Shown here in pieces: positions 49,701-58,048 of a stretch of DNA of 64,000 bases (its first letter is position 1; each line of letters begins with the position of its first letter). The stretch is taken from assembly GCA_050173015.1 (NCBI GenBank), contig JBFXLE010000009.1, positions 1 through 64,000 of the forward strand, in the 5' to 3' direction. Both the position numbers and the translations under genes were made by a program. The DNA is from Calditrichaceae bacterium (GTDB lineage Bacteria > Calditrichota > Calditrichia > Calditrichales > JBFXGD01). Below the pieces are notes generated by a model. That model worked only from the letters and a program-made list of their open reading frames with translations, had not been told where the DNA came from and did no database searches.

Positions 49701-51588
49701 TGATTACGGGATTTAGGCTCTCCCCGTGCTGATCCTCTTCAGGAATCTCATCGATATTGACAGACAGGATTTTTTCATCCTTAAACTTTTCCGCAAAATG
49801 CTCATTTGTGATTAAAATATTCGCGCCCGAATCTTTGAGCATAAAAGCAATACGTTCATCCGGATAAGAAGGATCGAGTGGTAAATAGGCGCCGCCGGAT
49901 TTAAGGATTCCCAGAATGCTGATGATCATTTCCGGTGAACGCCGCATACTGAAGGCAATAATACTTTCGGGGCCTGCTCCCAGTTTTTGCAGATGACGCG
50001 CCAGCCGGTTAGCCTTCGAGTTTAATTCATCAAATGTCATCTTATCGTTACCGGAAATAACCGCGAATTGATCAGGATTTGCCTCAGCGGATGTCTCAAA
50101 AATCTGGTGCAGACATAGATTTCTCGGAAACTCTACGGTATGACCATTCCAATCATGTGTAAGAGTTTTAATTTCAGATTCTGAAAGAACGGGTAGTTTA
50201 GAAATATTCTGATCCGGATTTTGGAGAAATTCCAGCAGTAATAGCTGATAATGGCTAAGCATTCGTTTGATGGTATCCGGCAGAAAAAGATCCGTATCAA
50301 ATTCGAATGATAGGGAGAGATATCCGTTAGATTCCGCGGCTGTGAACGACAGATCAAACTTGGCGTTGTCACCGTCAATCGTGATGGACTTCATGCTCAA
50401 TCCGGGGAGCTCCATACTGACCGAAATTTCATTCTGGTATGTGAACATCACCTGAAAAAGTGGTGTATGATTCATGCTTCTTTCGGGATGAAGTTCTTCA
50501 ACAAGCATCTCAAAAGGCAGATCCTGATGATTAAAAGCTCCCATGACAGCGCTTTTAACTTTTTGCAACAGATCTCCGCCGGTGTCCGAATTTGACAGGG
50601 ATGCGCGGATGACAAGAGTATTTACAAAAAATCCTATTAAATTTTCTGTTTCAGCCCTGTTGCGATTCGCTATTGGCGTGCCGACTGTTATGTCCGCCTG
50701 ATTTGTGTATCGGTGCATAAGCAAATAAAATACGGTCAGCAGCGATATGTAAGGAGTTATACTGTTTTCTGATGAGAATTTTTTTACCTTGTTTAATATA
50801 TCCCGATTCAGTATGATTTCCTGGCGGGATCCGTTATAACTCTTTACGGCCGGTCGCGCAAAATCTGTTGGAAACTGTAACACGGGGACATGATTTCCCA
50901 GGACGGATTTCCAGTAATGAAGTAGCTCATCCCGATCCTTTCCATCAAGACGATCGCGCTGCCACTTGGCAAAATCAACATATTGAATGTTTAGTTCCGG
51001 AAGGTGGCAGGGACTTTCTTCGACAAAATGTCTGTAATATGCTGAAAACTCTTTTAAAAATAGTCCGATGGACCAGCCGTCAGCTATGATGTGATGCATC
51101 ACGAAAAACAGGGCATAATCCGTATCAGAAAGCCGGAAAAGGGATATTCTCCGGAGAGGTCCTTTGTTTAAATCAAAAGGGATTCTGCTTTCGTTGGTAA
51201 TTTTTTCCATCAGTATGGATTCTTTTTTGTCCTCCGGATATTGGCTAAGATCTACAATTACTAAATTCTTAACCGGGCTGTCTGATACGACCTGCATCGG
51301 AGTGCCGTTAACAGTAGTGAAAGTGGTGCGTAATATTTCGTGTCTGCCAATGATGGAATCGATACTTTTTTCAAGAGCATTGAGATCCGGTTTGCCCTTT
51401 AATCTCAACGCGGCGGGAATATTATAGGCGCTGCTCCCGGGCTCGAACTGATAAAGAAACCAGAGACGTTGCTGTGAGTAGGAGAGGGGAAAAGCATTAG
51501 AAAGGGCGAACTTTTCCTTTAATTTTAGCTCCAGAAGCTTTCGTTTTTCAGGCGAAAGAGATTCAATCAATTTTGAAAGGTCAGCCAT
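43723..51588 (-). CDS. NRPS: C-A(Gln/Glu)-T-C-A(Asn)-T-E
   Basis: Two LCL C domains, T motifs GGHS then GGDS, E motif HHLIIDGISW, C-terminal YTASDF. Codes DAQDLGMVDK and DATKVGEVGK. Confidence 0.95.
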   Translation of the reverse strand: MADLSKLIESLSPEKRKLLELKLKEKFALSNAFPLSYSQQRLWFLYQFEPGSSAYNIPAALRLKGKPDLNALEKSIDSIIGRHEILRTTFTTVNGTPMQVVSDSPVKNLVIVDLSQYPEDKKESILMEKITNESRIPFDLNKGPLRRISLFRLSDTDYALFFVMHHIIADGWSIGLFLKEFSAYYRHFVEESPCHLPELNIQYVDFAKWQRDRLDGKDRDELLHYWKSVLGNHVPVLQFPTDFARPAVKSYNGSRQEIILNRDILNKVKKFSSENSITPYISLLTVFYLLMHRYTNQADITVGTPIANRNRAETENLIGFFVNTLVIRASLSNSDTGGDLLQKVKSAVMGAFNHQDLPFEMLVEELHPERSMNHTPLFQVMFTYQNEISVSMELPGLSMKSITIDGDNAKFDLSFTAAESNGYLSLSFEFDTDLFLPDTIKRMLSHYQLLLLEFLQNPDQNISKLPVLSESEIKTLTHDWNGHTVEFPRNLCLHQIFETSAEANPDQFAVISGNDKMTFDELNSKANRLARHLQKLGAGPESIIAFSMRRSPEMIISILGILKSGGAYLPLDPSYPDERIAFMLKDSGANILITNEHFAEKFKDEKILSVNIDEIPEEDQHGESLNPVIKMDSANLAYIIYTSGTTGQPKGVMIQHRSAINLMKNLDKSIYESFGKNRMNISLNAPISFDASVQQLVMMFSGHSLVIIPEEVRGDGRLMVSYLKNERVDLLDCVPSQLKLLISAGLLNDPEWKPSALLPGGEAIDETTWKMLAELPVTETFNMYGPTECTVDSTICPVRSFKSQPTIGKPIVNARFYILDANNQPVPIGAAGELYIGGEGLARGYLARPSLTGEKFVPDPFSVEPGSRMYKTGDLARYRSDGSIDFIGRIDHQVKVRGFRIELGEIENNIAAHTDVKDAVVVVRESVTGDKQITAYLIPKNVSKPTVPDLRDFLKRKLPDYMLPNLFVWLDEFPRTPNGKIDRFALPEPDESVKGSGAEYIPPGSGSEQKLAEIYSEILGVEKAGANDDFFDLGGHSLFATRLISRIRDEFGVEIPLRTIFENPDIRNLAKSLDMNGSSGHHLSINRVPRTENLPLSFSQTRLWFIDQLMPDNPSYNLQSVYEIKGEFRKDLFEASLKEIMQRHETLRTGIVNLDGKASLRIYENTKPDIQFIDLMAADSAGKAAEADQLTLHEASTPFDLATAPLFRTMLIRLEKNIHRVILTFHHIISDGWSMSIFITELTRIYRAGLLNLNPDLPDLPIQYADYAHWQQHQLTEEYFKKGLDYWISNLSGSEPVIDLPVDRQRPAVPSGKGSFKKFELSESIARKLKQIAENENSTMFMILLSAFSVLLNRYSGQEDISIGSPVANRDRTETEHLIGFFVNTIVLRINLINNPAFTDMLRQVRETALNAFSHQEIPFEKIVDALHPERNTNHTPLFQVMFALQNTPKPEKMDIDLELTPIVSHSGTAKFDLTLFMLEDNDRISGAMEFNTDLFDESTIDLILIHFQNLLESIARNPAEKINRLNMIPENEKHNLLTGWNGIDKRLTLDLPVHRVFEEQARRIPDQIALEIGAIRLSYKQLNEVSNQLAFYLKDLGIGPDRLVGICMERSAEMIISILGILKSGGAYVPIDPSYPKERLAYILDDSNVPVLLTKSGFLRELPDFQGKIIALDSDKNVIQSNPTSNPSVSVEPDHLAYMIYTSGSTGNPKGTMITHRGLTNYLNWCMEAYPLSKGRGSLVHSTIAFDATVTAVFTPILTGSTVTLLPDNSDLESLSKALTEYKNFNVIKITPAHLDLLKHQIAPAEAAGITKAFVIGGENLTTDQIAFWQKNAPETLLFNEYGPTETVVGCVVYEAREWNGSGSVPIGQAILNTRVYALDRYFNTVPTGARGELYIGGAGVARGYLNRPDLTAERFVPDPISGKSGERLYKTGDQVRYLKNGLMEFLGRTDDQIKIRGYRIEPAEIEACVNRHPSIVECVVISREDKPGKKQLAAYMVCGEQQPPSLSELRSFLEDMLPEYMIPAHFIHVDGIPLTANGKVDRKALPKPDDQQLHTGKKYAAPENDNQIILAEIWQELLGLKKIGIHDNFFELGGDSIIIIQIAAKAKQKGLNITPVQFFRYQTIAQLANVASATAFTQAEQGPVTGTLSLTPAQKWFFEQKFPEFNHWNQSVLLSSSQKVDIVSLKKALTTLVNHHDVLRLKFYKTDDSHEARFDDPCSEIPFSLFKISDLSVKEQKNFIESKSALLQASLNIETGPVFRFGWFETGETAGKLLMIVHHLIIDGISWRILLDDLQTAYGQIINGGEIQLPAKTTSFREWSKRLRSFTSDKVSESDLKYWLNLSKVPLNTIPVDFPDGANTESSVSGVQVSLNQDETRALLQVVPAVYNTQINDILLTALALSYSARTGKRSVWITMEGHGRESLFEDIDISRTLGWFTSLFPVHLELGKSVTPGDCIKSVKEQLRKIPRAGLSYGLLRYLDDTDSVKQQLKAIENCPISFNYLGQFDQNFSKDTPFMPADEQSGSERGPNNPRATMIDIIGTISGNTLKFLFNYSINLHREETIRQFSANFINELRKLIIHCQSPDAGDYTASDFKLAGLSDEKLNKVLDRLNHTKGNR

Positions 51589-54500
51589 TATTTGTCATAT
51601 CCCGTTTTTTAGATTTCAACTTTTGATTTAACATTGATTTTGTCTCATCTTCTGACAATTTATCGATGCTTAATAGCAAGGCTTCCAAATCCTCGCCATC
51701 CCGGTCAATCCGTTCTATCTTAGCGGGTTTACCGTTCTCTTCTGATGCGGATATTTTGATGATTTCCCTTGATAGCGCGGCCACGGTAGGTTTCTCGAAT
51801 AACAGACTCAATGGCAGGTCAATCGCAAATTGCTCCCGGATTTGCGACATGAACTGAGTGGCGAGCAGAGAATGACCGCCAAGTTCGAAAAAATTATCGT
51901 GAATGCCGGTTTTGTCTAAATTCAGTAGTTCTGTGACAATTCCAGATAGTTTTTCTTCGGTTTCGTTTGTCGGCGCGGCGTATTCAGAACGAAGGCTCTC
52001 GCGTGAAAATTCCGGTTCGGGCAATGCTTTCCTGTCAATTTTTCCGTTAGGAGTGAGCGGCATCGCGTTGAGCATCACAAAAGAGGACGGAATCATATAG
52101 CCCGGCAAGCGTTCACTCAATTTTGATTTTAATACAGGTAAATCAGGTTCATGGCTGTTCTCAGTCACAATGTATGCCACCAGTCTTTTATCACCGGGTG
52201 AATCTTCCCGTACCATGACAAATGTTTCCTTTACCTCGTCAATTTCATCAATGATCGTTTCAATTTCTCCAGGTTCGACGCGGAATCCCCTTATCTTCAC
52301 CTGCTGATCGATACGGCCGAGAAATTCTATATTTCCGTCCGGTAAATATCTGACAAGATCACCGCTTTTATAAAGTCTGCCTCCCAATGTTTGGCTAAAA
52401 GGATCCGGAATAAATTTTTCAGCGGTTAGTCCGGGCCGGTTGAGATAACCTCTCGCCAGACCGACTCCGCCGATATGCAATTCACCCGCCGCGCCTGTAG
52501 GTAATGGCTGTAATGACTTGTCCAGTATGTAAAGACGGAAGTTGTCTATGGGCTTTCCTATCGGTGGCGCAATGCTTACATCAGGCGTAACCGCGTACAT
52601 TGATGCGCAAACAGTGGTCTCTGTGGGACCGTAGGCGTTAAAAAATGATCTTCCTTCCGACCAGCGTCGCGCCAGATCGATGGTGCATTTTTCTCCGGCG
52701 GTTATAATTGTCTGAAGATCCGGAAGAGGCCCATCCGGCATTACCGCCAATACGGAAGGCGGCAGTGTTACGGTGGTGATTTTTTCGTTTTTGAGAATGT
52801 CATATAGATTTTGACCGGTGAGCAGCTCCTCCTCACCGGCGAGACAGAGTGTGCCCCCGTTCAGCAGCGCCATGACCATCTCCCAGACCGAGGCGTCAAA
52901 GCTGAGTGACGCGAACTGAAGTATTCTGGCGCCCCGGCGGATTCCAAACGCTTTTTTTTGCGCGTTTGCAAGATTTAGTAGTCCCCTGTGATGCAATAAG
53001 GTCCCTTTCGGTCTGCCCGTGGAACCAGATGTGTAAATGACATAGGCGAGATTGTCCGCATTCAGATCACTGTGCTGATTTTCTTTTGAAGCCACCGACA
53101 ATTGTTCATCTTCTTTATCCGGAAGAATCGTATGAATATTTATATCAGGCAGAGTATTCAGGATCGATTCATGGGTTATTAGCGCTGAAATACCCGAATC
53201 TTTAATCATATATTCAATCCGGTCTTTTGGATATATTGGGTCAATTGGAAGAAAGGCGCCACCCGCCTTTAATATTGCCAAAACCGATACAGGGATATTC
53301 ATTGCGCGGGGTAGACAAATTCCGATAATTTTATCCGCGCCAATGCCATGATTTTTGAGCCGGCGCGCCAGTTGATTGGCTTTCTCATTTAATTCTCTAT
53401 AGGTCAGCGATTGTTTTTCCTGAATTACGGCGATTGTATCCGGAAACTCATTTACTTTTTGTTCAAACCATTGCGGGACAGTCGCGGCGTCGGGATAGGC
53501 AGTTTTAGTATCATTCCATTCGGAAAGCATCAATTTAAGTTCATCTTTTCCGGAGATGCTTATTTCAGAAACACGTTTATCGGGATTGTCAATAATTTCA
53601 GTTAAAATATTCTCAAAATGAGTCTGCATTCTCAAAATGGTTGCAGGTTCAAAAAGATCGGTGTTAAATTCAAAATAGCAATCCATCCCCTCCATGGTTT
53701 TGGCAATTGTCAAAGTAAGATCGTATTTTGCCGTCAGGTTTTCCGTCTCGATCGGGATGATATTAAATTCAGGCAGATCCACCATTTCAAACGGGGTGTT
53801 CTGTAAAACAAAAGCAACCTGAAACAGAGGAGAATGACTCATGTCGCGTTCAGGCTGGAGCGCTTCGACCAGATATTCGAATGGTAAATCCTGATGCATA
53901 AACGCGTTTAATGTCGTTTCGCGGACCTGTCTCAAAAGCTGCTTGAAGGTGGGCATATCCCCAAATTCCGCTTTCAGAACCAAGGTATTTACAAAAAAAC
54001 CGATGAGATTTTCCAGTTCGGATCGTGTACGGCCGGCAATGGGAGATCCCACTAAAATTTCTTCCTGTCCTGTGTAGCGGTGCAGAAGTGTCTGAAAAGC
54101 CGCGAGAAGTGTCATGAAAAGTGTGGTTCCTTCTTTTCGGCTGAGCTGTATCAGATTCCCGGCAAGATTGTCCGAAAGATGCAGTTTTATCGTCTGACCG
54201 TTAAAAGACTGTGTCGCGGGACGCGGATGATCGGCAGGAAGCTCGAGAACAGGAGGATTGATCCCGATCGTATTTTTCCAGTATTCAAGCTCTTCCTTAA
54301 GTTTTTCACCCTGCAGCCGTTGTCGCTGCCATATAGAAAAATCTGCATACTGGATCGGTAAGCCGGCAAGCTGTGATGTTTTCCTGGTTGAAAAATCCTG
54401 ATACAGGGTAGCGAACTCATTCAGAAGTACCCCAATTGACCAGCCGTCCGCAATAATATGATGGATGGTTATCAGGAGAATGTGATCGTCGGGTTTTAAT

Positions 54501-57500
54501 ATAATTATTTTTACTCTTAATAACGGCCCCGATTCAAGATTGAATGGTTGACGGGCCTCATCAGCCGTAATTTTTTTAGTTTTCAGAAACATTTCTTCTT
54601 CAGAACTTCCGCTTAGGTCCAAAGACGCAATCTTTATTTTTAGTTCGGGTAAAACAACCTGATGCGGATGCCCTTTTTCGCTTTTAAAAACGGTTCGAAG
54701 AATCTCGTGTCTGATAATAATTTGATTCAGACTGCGTTTAATAACTCCGATATCGACATGTCCATGCAGACGAAGCGCGGATGGGATATTATAATATGCA
54801 TTTCCGGGCGCCAACTGATCCAGAAACCATAATCTTTGTTGTGAAAAAGAAAGCGGTATTTCAGAATTCCTTTTTTTAGGCGCAAGGGTAGGGATATCCT
54901 TATTCATTCGCTCATCGCCGGTTGTCCCGATCAGTTTTGCGAGGGCAGCGATTGTCGGATTTGAGAAAAAATCGGGTAGTGAGATCTCAACCGCGAATAT
55001 ATCTCTGATTCTCGATGCAAGCCTGGTGGCGGTTAATGAATGTCCGCCCAGATCAAAAAAATTATCATGAATACCTATTTTCTCGATACCTAAAATTTTG
55101 CTCCAGATACCGGTTAACAGTTCGTCGATCTGATTTCCGGGCGCGGTAAATTCCTCATCACGACTCAAATCCGCCCCTTCGGGTAAGGGCAGGGATGATC
55201 TGTCAATTTTTCCACTTGAAGAAACCGGAAACTGATCCATGAAAACATAATAGACAGGTATCATATATTCCGGAAGATGTTTCTTGAGAAAGATTTTTAA
55301 TAATTCGGTATCAGGATTTTTATCGGGCTCCGGCATGTAATAGGCGATCAGTACTTTTTCACCGGGAGTCATTTCACGGGCCGTCACAACAACTTTTTTG
55401 AGATCTTTATGGTTTGAAAGTACTGATTCGATCTCCCCCGGTTCGACACGGAATCCGCGGATTTTAACCTGATCGTCAATCCTGCCGACGAATGCCAGAT
55501 TCCCGTCTCCGATGGATCGGGCAATATCACCGCTCCTGTAAAGTCTCGCGCCGGGTTGATCCGAAAACGGATCAGGTATAAATTTTTCAGCGGTTAGTCC
55601 GGGATTATTTAAATACCCCCGGGCAATTCCCGGACTGCTTAAGCATAACTCACCCGGTACTCCCCGCGGCTGAGGGTGAAACTGTTCGTCAAGGACGTAT
55701 GCCCGGACATTATCTATTGGTTTTCCTATGGGAATATTGTCGGTTAACGGTAAATCCTCATGGATGGGATTAACCGTAGCGCAAACCGTCACTTCGGTAG
55801 GTCCGTATCCATTGATAAAATGCCGTCCGATTCTCCAGCGGGACGCAGTATCCCTGGTGCATGGCTCACCGACTGAGCCAACCACCTCGAGATCCGGTAA
55901 ATCATTTTCTGACAAAATCGCGAGTAGGGAAGGCGGTGCAACAAATGTATTTACTTTTTGATCTCTTAATAATCCGGTTAGTTTATCTTCAGAAAGCAAG
56001 GTATCCCGGTCGGATATGATGAGACATCCACCCGATAAAAGGGTGCTGAATATTTCCACTACGGACGCGTCGAACGAAAGTGAAGCGAGCTGAAAGAATC
56101 GTTTGCCGGCTGAAATATGAAAAACCTTCGCGAGAGCCAGGGCGGTATTCACCGCACCGAGATGCTGCAACCATGTTCCTTTCGGACGTCCGGTAGAACC
56201 GGATGTATATATGATATAGGCAAGATGTTCAGAAGACACGACGCCTTCCGGATCTTCACCGGACTCATTGGAAATAAGATCATCAGAATTTTGAATGTTT
56301 ATCACCCGCAAATCGCTGTTTGGCAGATTTTGTATCAGGCTGTTTTCAGAAATAATAAGATTGACACCGGAATCTTTCATGATATATTTCAAACGTTCAT
56401 CCGGAGTGGATGGATCTATGGGCAGGTACGCGCCACCTGCCTTCAAAATTGCCAGAACAGTGATAATCATCTCCGGGGAGCGATTGAGATAGACCGCCAC
56501 GAGAAATTCGGGAACCACACCTTCTCCTTTTAGTATCGCGGCCAGCTGATTTGATCGTTTATTTAAATCCGAGTAGGTTAAGATTGTATCTCCGAACCGT
56601 ACAGCGTGAAAATCAGGATGCTCCTTTGCCTGTTTTTGGAATATCTCATGCAGGCATTTGTTTTTTGGGAATTCAGTTTGTGTTTTATTCCATTCCCTGA
56701 TGATTGAATCAAGTTCAGGGTTTGTCAGCAGCTTTATCTCCGAGACGGTTTTATCCGATCTGATTAGCATTGAAGTCATTATCACTTCAAGATGCCCCAG
56801 CATCCGGCTTATTGTCTCGGCATCGAATCGATCTGTCTGATAGGCGATTTCCAGAACGATATCTTCATGCGCTGATCCCACTATCGTAAGGGGATAGTTG
56901 GTCTGCTCTATGGCGTTGATGTCAAATATGCTGATGCTGTTGTTCAGCTCCTTGACGGAAGAGCTGACCGGATAGTTTTCGAACACCACGATGCTTTCAA
57001 AGAGCGGTACATTACCCCGGATTCCACTCTGTTTTTGAACTTCCGCCAGCGAACTGAACTCAAACTGACGCATTCCGGCAGACTGCTGATGAATCTCTTT
57101 CAAAAATGTCATAATCTTTTGTCCGGGCGATACCCTGATTCTCATGGGAAGCGTATTTATGAACAGGCCGATCATGGATTCGACCCCGTCCAGTTCAGGC
57201 GGGCGCCCCGAGACAGTGACGCCGAAAACAACATCCTTCTCGCTGCTGTATCTGCTCAGAAGGACAGACCAGGCGGCCTGGATCATTGTACTGATCGTAA
57301 GGTGATTGCTCCTCGTAAAGCGGGTGATGTTCTCGGACAACGACGCGGATAATCGTCTCATGGATTTCGCGTAGCCGCCGGATTTCCCGGATCCGCTGAC
57401 AGGAATATCGACCGTTAATGGAGTCGGTGCCGTGACGTCACTTAACTTATCCCGCCAATATTCTTCCGCGGCTTGCGCATCCTGCTGATTGAGCCAGTTA

Positions 57501-58048
57501 ATATAATCCCGGTATGGACGGGTTCTTTCGAGCCGGACAGCCTTGTTTGAGGCGATGGAATCATACAGGGAAAATATTTCTTTAAACAGCAAAGGAAGCG
57601 ACCAGCCGTCGATCAGGCTATGATGATTACTCCACACCATCTGCCAGACTTGCTTCTTAACTCTGATGACCGTCAAACGCAACAAAGGAGCTTTTGACAG
57701 GTTGAATCCTTTCGCCCGGTCATTTTTTAGAAAATCCGTGAATTTTGCGTCAATCTGATTTTCTGAAAATTCTATCCAATCAAGCTCTTCGATCGGAACT
57801 TCAACCGATTTATGTACAACCTGAAGCATTTTTTCAATCTTTTTGAAAACAAAGGATGTTCTCAGAACCGGATTTCTCTTTACTGCTTCTTTAACCGACT
57901 CTTTGAACGCCGCGATATTAAATTCACCGGATATCTTAAATGTTGTTTGTTCAAAATATACACTGCTTTCAGTCGAATATATGCTGTGAAAAATCATTCC
58001 CTGCTGCATGGGGGAAAGTGTGTATACGGACTCTATATTTTTATCCAT
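51581..58048 (-). CDS. NRPS: C(DCL)-A(unknown)-T-C(LCL)-A(Phe)-T
   Basis: N-terminal VYTLSPMQQGMIFH...HHSLIDGWS, internal LSFSQQRLWFL. Codes DAVVGVGVCK and DAWTIAAVCK. Confidence 0.95.
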   Translation of the reverse strand: MDKNIESVYTLSPMQQGMIFHSIYSTESSVYFEQTTFKISGEFNIAAFKESVKEAVKRNPVLRTSFVFKKIEKMLQVVHKSVEVPIEELDWIEFSENQIDAKFTDFLKNDRAKGFNLSKAPLLRLTVIRVKKQVWQMVWSNHHSLIDGWSLPLLFKEIFSLYDSIASNKAVRLERTRPYRDYINWLNQQDAQAAEEYWRDKLSDVTAPTPLTVDIPVSGSGKSGGYAKSMRRLSASLSENITRFTRSNHLTISTMIQAAWSVLLSRYSSEKDVVFGVTVSGRPPELDGVESMIGLFINTLPMRIRVSPGQKIMTFLKEIHQQSAGMRQFEFSSLAEVQKQSGIRGNVPLFESIVVFENYPVSSSVKELNNSISIFDINAIEQTNYPLTIVGSAHEDIVLEIAYQTDRFDAETISRMLGHLEVIMTSMLIRSDKTVSEIKLLTNPELDSIIREWNKTQTEFPKNKCLHEIFQKQAKEHPDFHAVRFGDTILTYSDLNKRSNQLAAILKGEGVVPEFLVAVYLNRSPEMIITVLAILKAGGAYLPIDPSTPDERLKYIMKDSGVNLIISENSLIQNLPNSDLRVINIQNSDDLISNESGEDPEGVVSSEHLAYIIYTSGSTGRPKGTWLQHLGAVNTALALAKVFHISAGKRFFQLASLSFDASVVEIFSTLLSGGCLIISDRDTLLSEDKLTGLLRDQKVNTFVAPPSLLAILSENDLPDLEVVGSVGEPCTRDTASRWRIGRHFINGYGPTEVTVCATVNPIHEDLPLTDNIPIGKPIDNVRAYVLDEQFHPQPRGVPGELCLSSPGIARGYLNNPGLTAEKFIPDPFSDQPGARLYRSGDIARSIGDGNLAFVGRIDDQVKIRGFRVEPGEIESVLSNHKDLKKVVVTAREMTPGEKVLIAYYMPEPDKNPDTELLKIFLKKHLPEYMIPVYYVFMDQFPVSSSGKIDRSSLPLPEGADLSRDEEFTAPGNQIDELLTGIWSKILGIEKIGIHDNFFDLGGHSLTATRLASRIRDIFAVEISLPDFFSNPTIAALAKLIGTTGDERMNKDIPTLAPKKRNSEIPLSFSQQRLWFLDQLAPGNAYYNIPSALRLHGHVDIGVIKRSLNQIIIRHEILRTVFKSEKGHPHQVVLPELKIKIASLDLSGSSEEEMFLKTKKITADEARQPFNLESGPLLRVKIIILKPDDHILLITIHHIIADGWSIGVLLNEFATLYQDFSTRKTSQLAGLPIQYADFSIWQRQRLQGEKLKEELEYWKNTIGINPPVLELPADHPRPATQSFNGQTIKLHLSDNLAGNLIQLSRKEGTTLFMTLLAAFQTLLHRYTGQEEILVGSPIAGRTRSELENLIGFFVNTLVLKAEFGDMPTFKQLLRQVRETTLNAFMHQDLPFEYLVEALQPERDMSHSPLFQVAFVLQNTPFEMVDLPEFNIIPIETENLTAKYDLTLTIAKTMEGMDCYFEFNTDLFEPATILRMQTHFENILTEIIDNPDKRVSEISISGKDELKLMLSEWNDTKTAYPDAATVPQWFEQKVNEFPDTIAVIQEKQSLTYRELNEKANQLARRLKNHGIGADKIIGICLPRAMNIPVSVLAILKAGGAFLPIDPIYPKDRIEYMIKDSGISALITHESILNTLPDINIHTILPDKEDEQLSVASKENQHSDLNADNLAYVIYTSGSTGRPKGTLLHHRGLLNLANAQKKAFGIRRGARILQFASLSFDASVWEMVMALLNGGTLCLAGEEELLTGQNLYDILKNEKITTVTLPPSVLAVMPDGPLPDLQTIITAGEKCTIDLARRWSEGRSFFNAYGPTETTVCASMYAVTPDVSIAPPIGKPIDNFRLYILDKSLQPLPTGAAGELHIGGVGLARGYLNRPGLTAEKFIPDPFSQTLGGRLYKSGDLVRYLPDGNIEFLGRIDQQVKIRGFRVEPGEIETIIDEIDEVKETFVMVREDSPGDKRLVAYIVTENSHEPDLPVLKSKLSERLPGYMIPSSFVMLNAMPLTPNGKIDRKALPEPEFSRESLRSEYAAPTNETEEKLSGIVTELLNLDKTGIHDNFFELGGHSLLATQFMSQIREQFAIDLPLSLLFEKPTVAALSREIIKISASEENGKPAKIERIDRDGEDLEALLLSIDKLSEDETKSMLNQKLKSKKRDMTNNG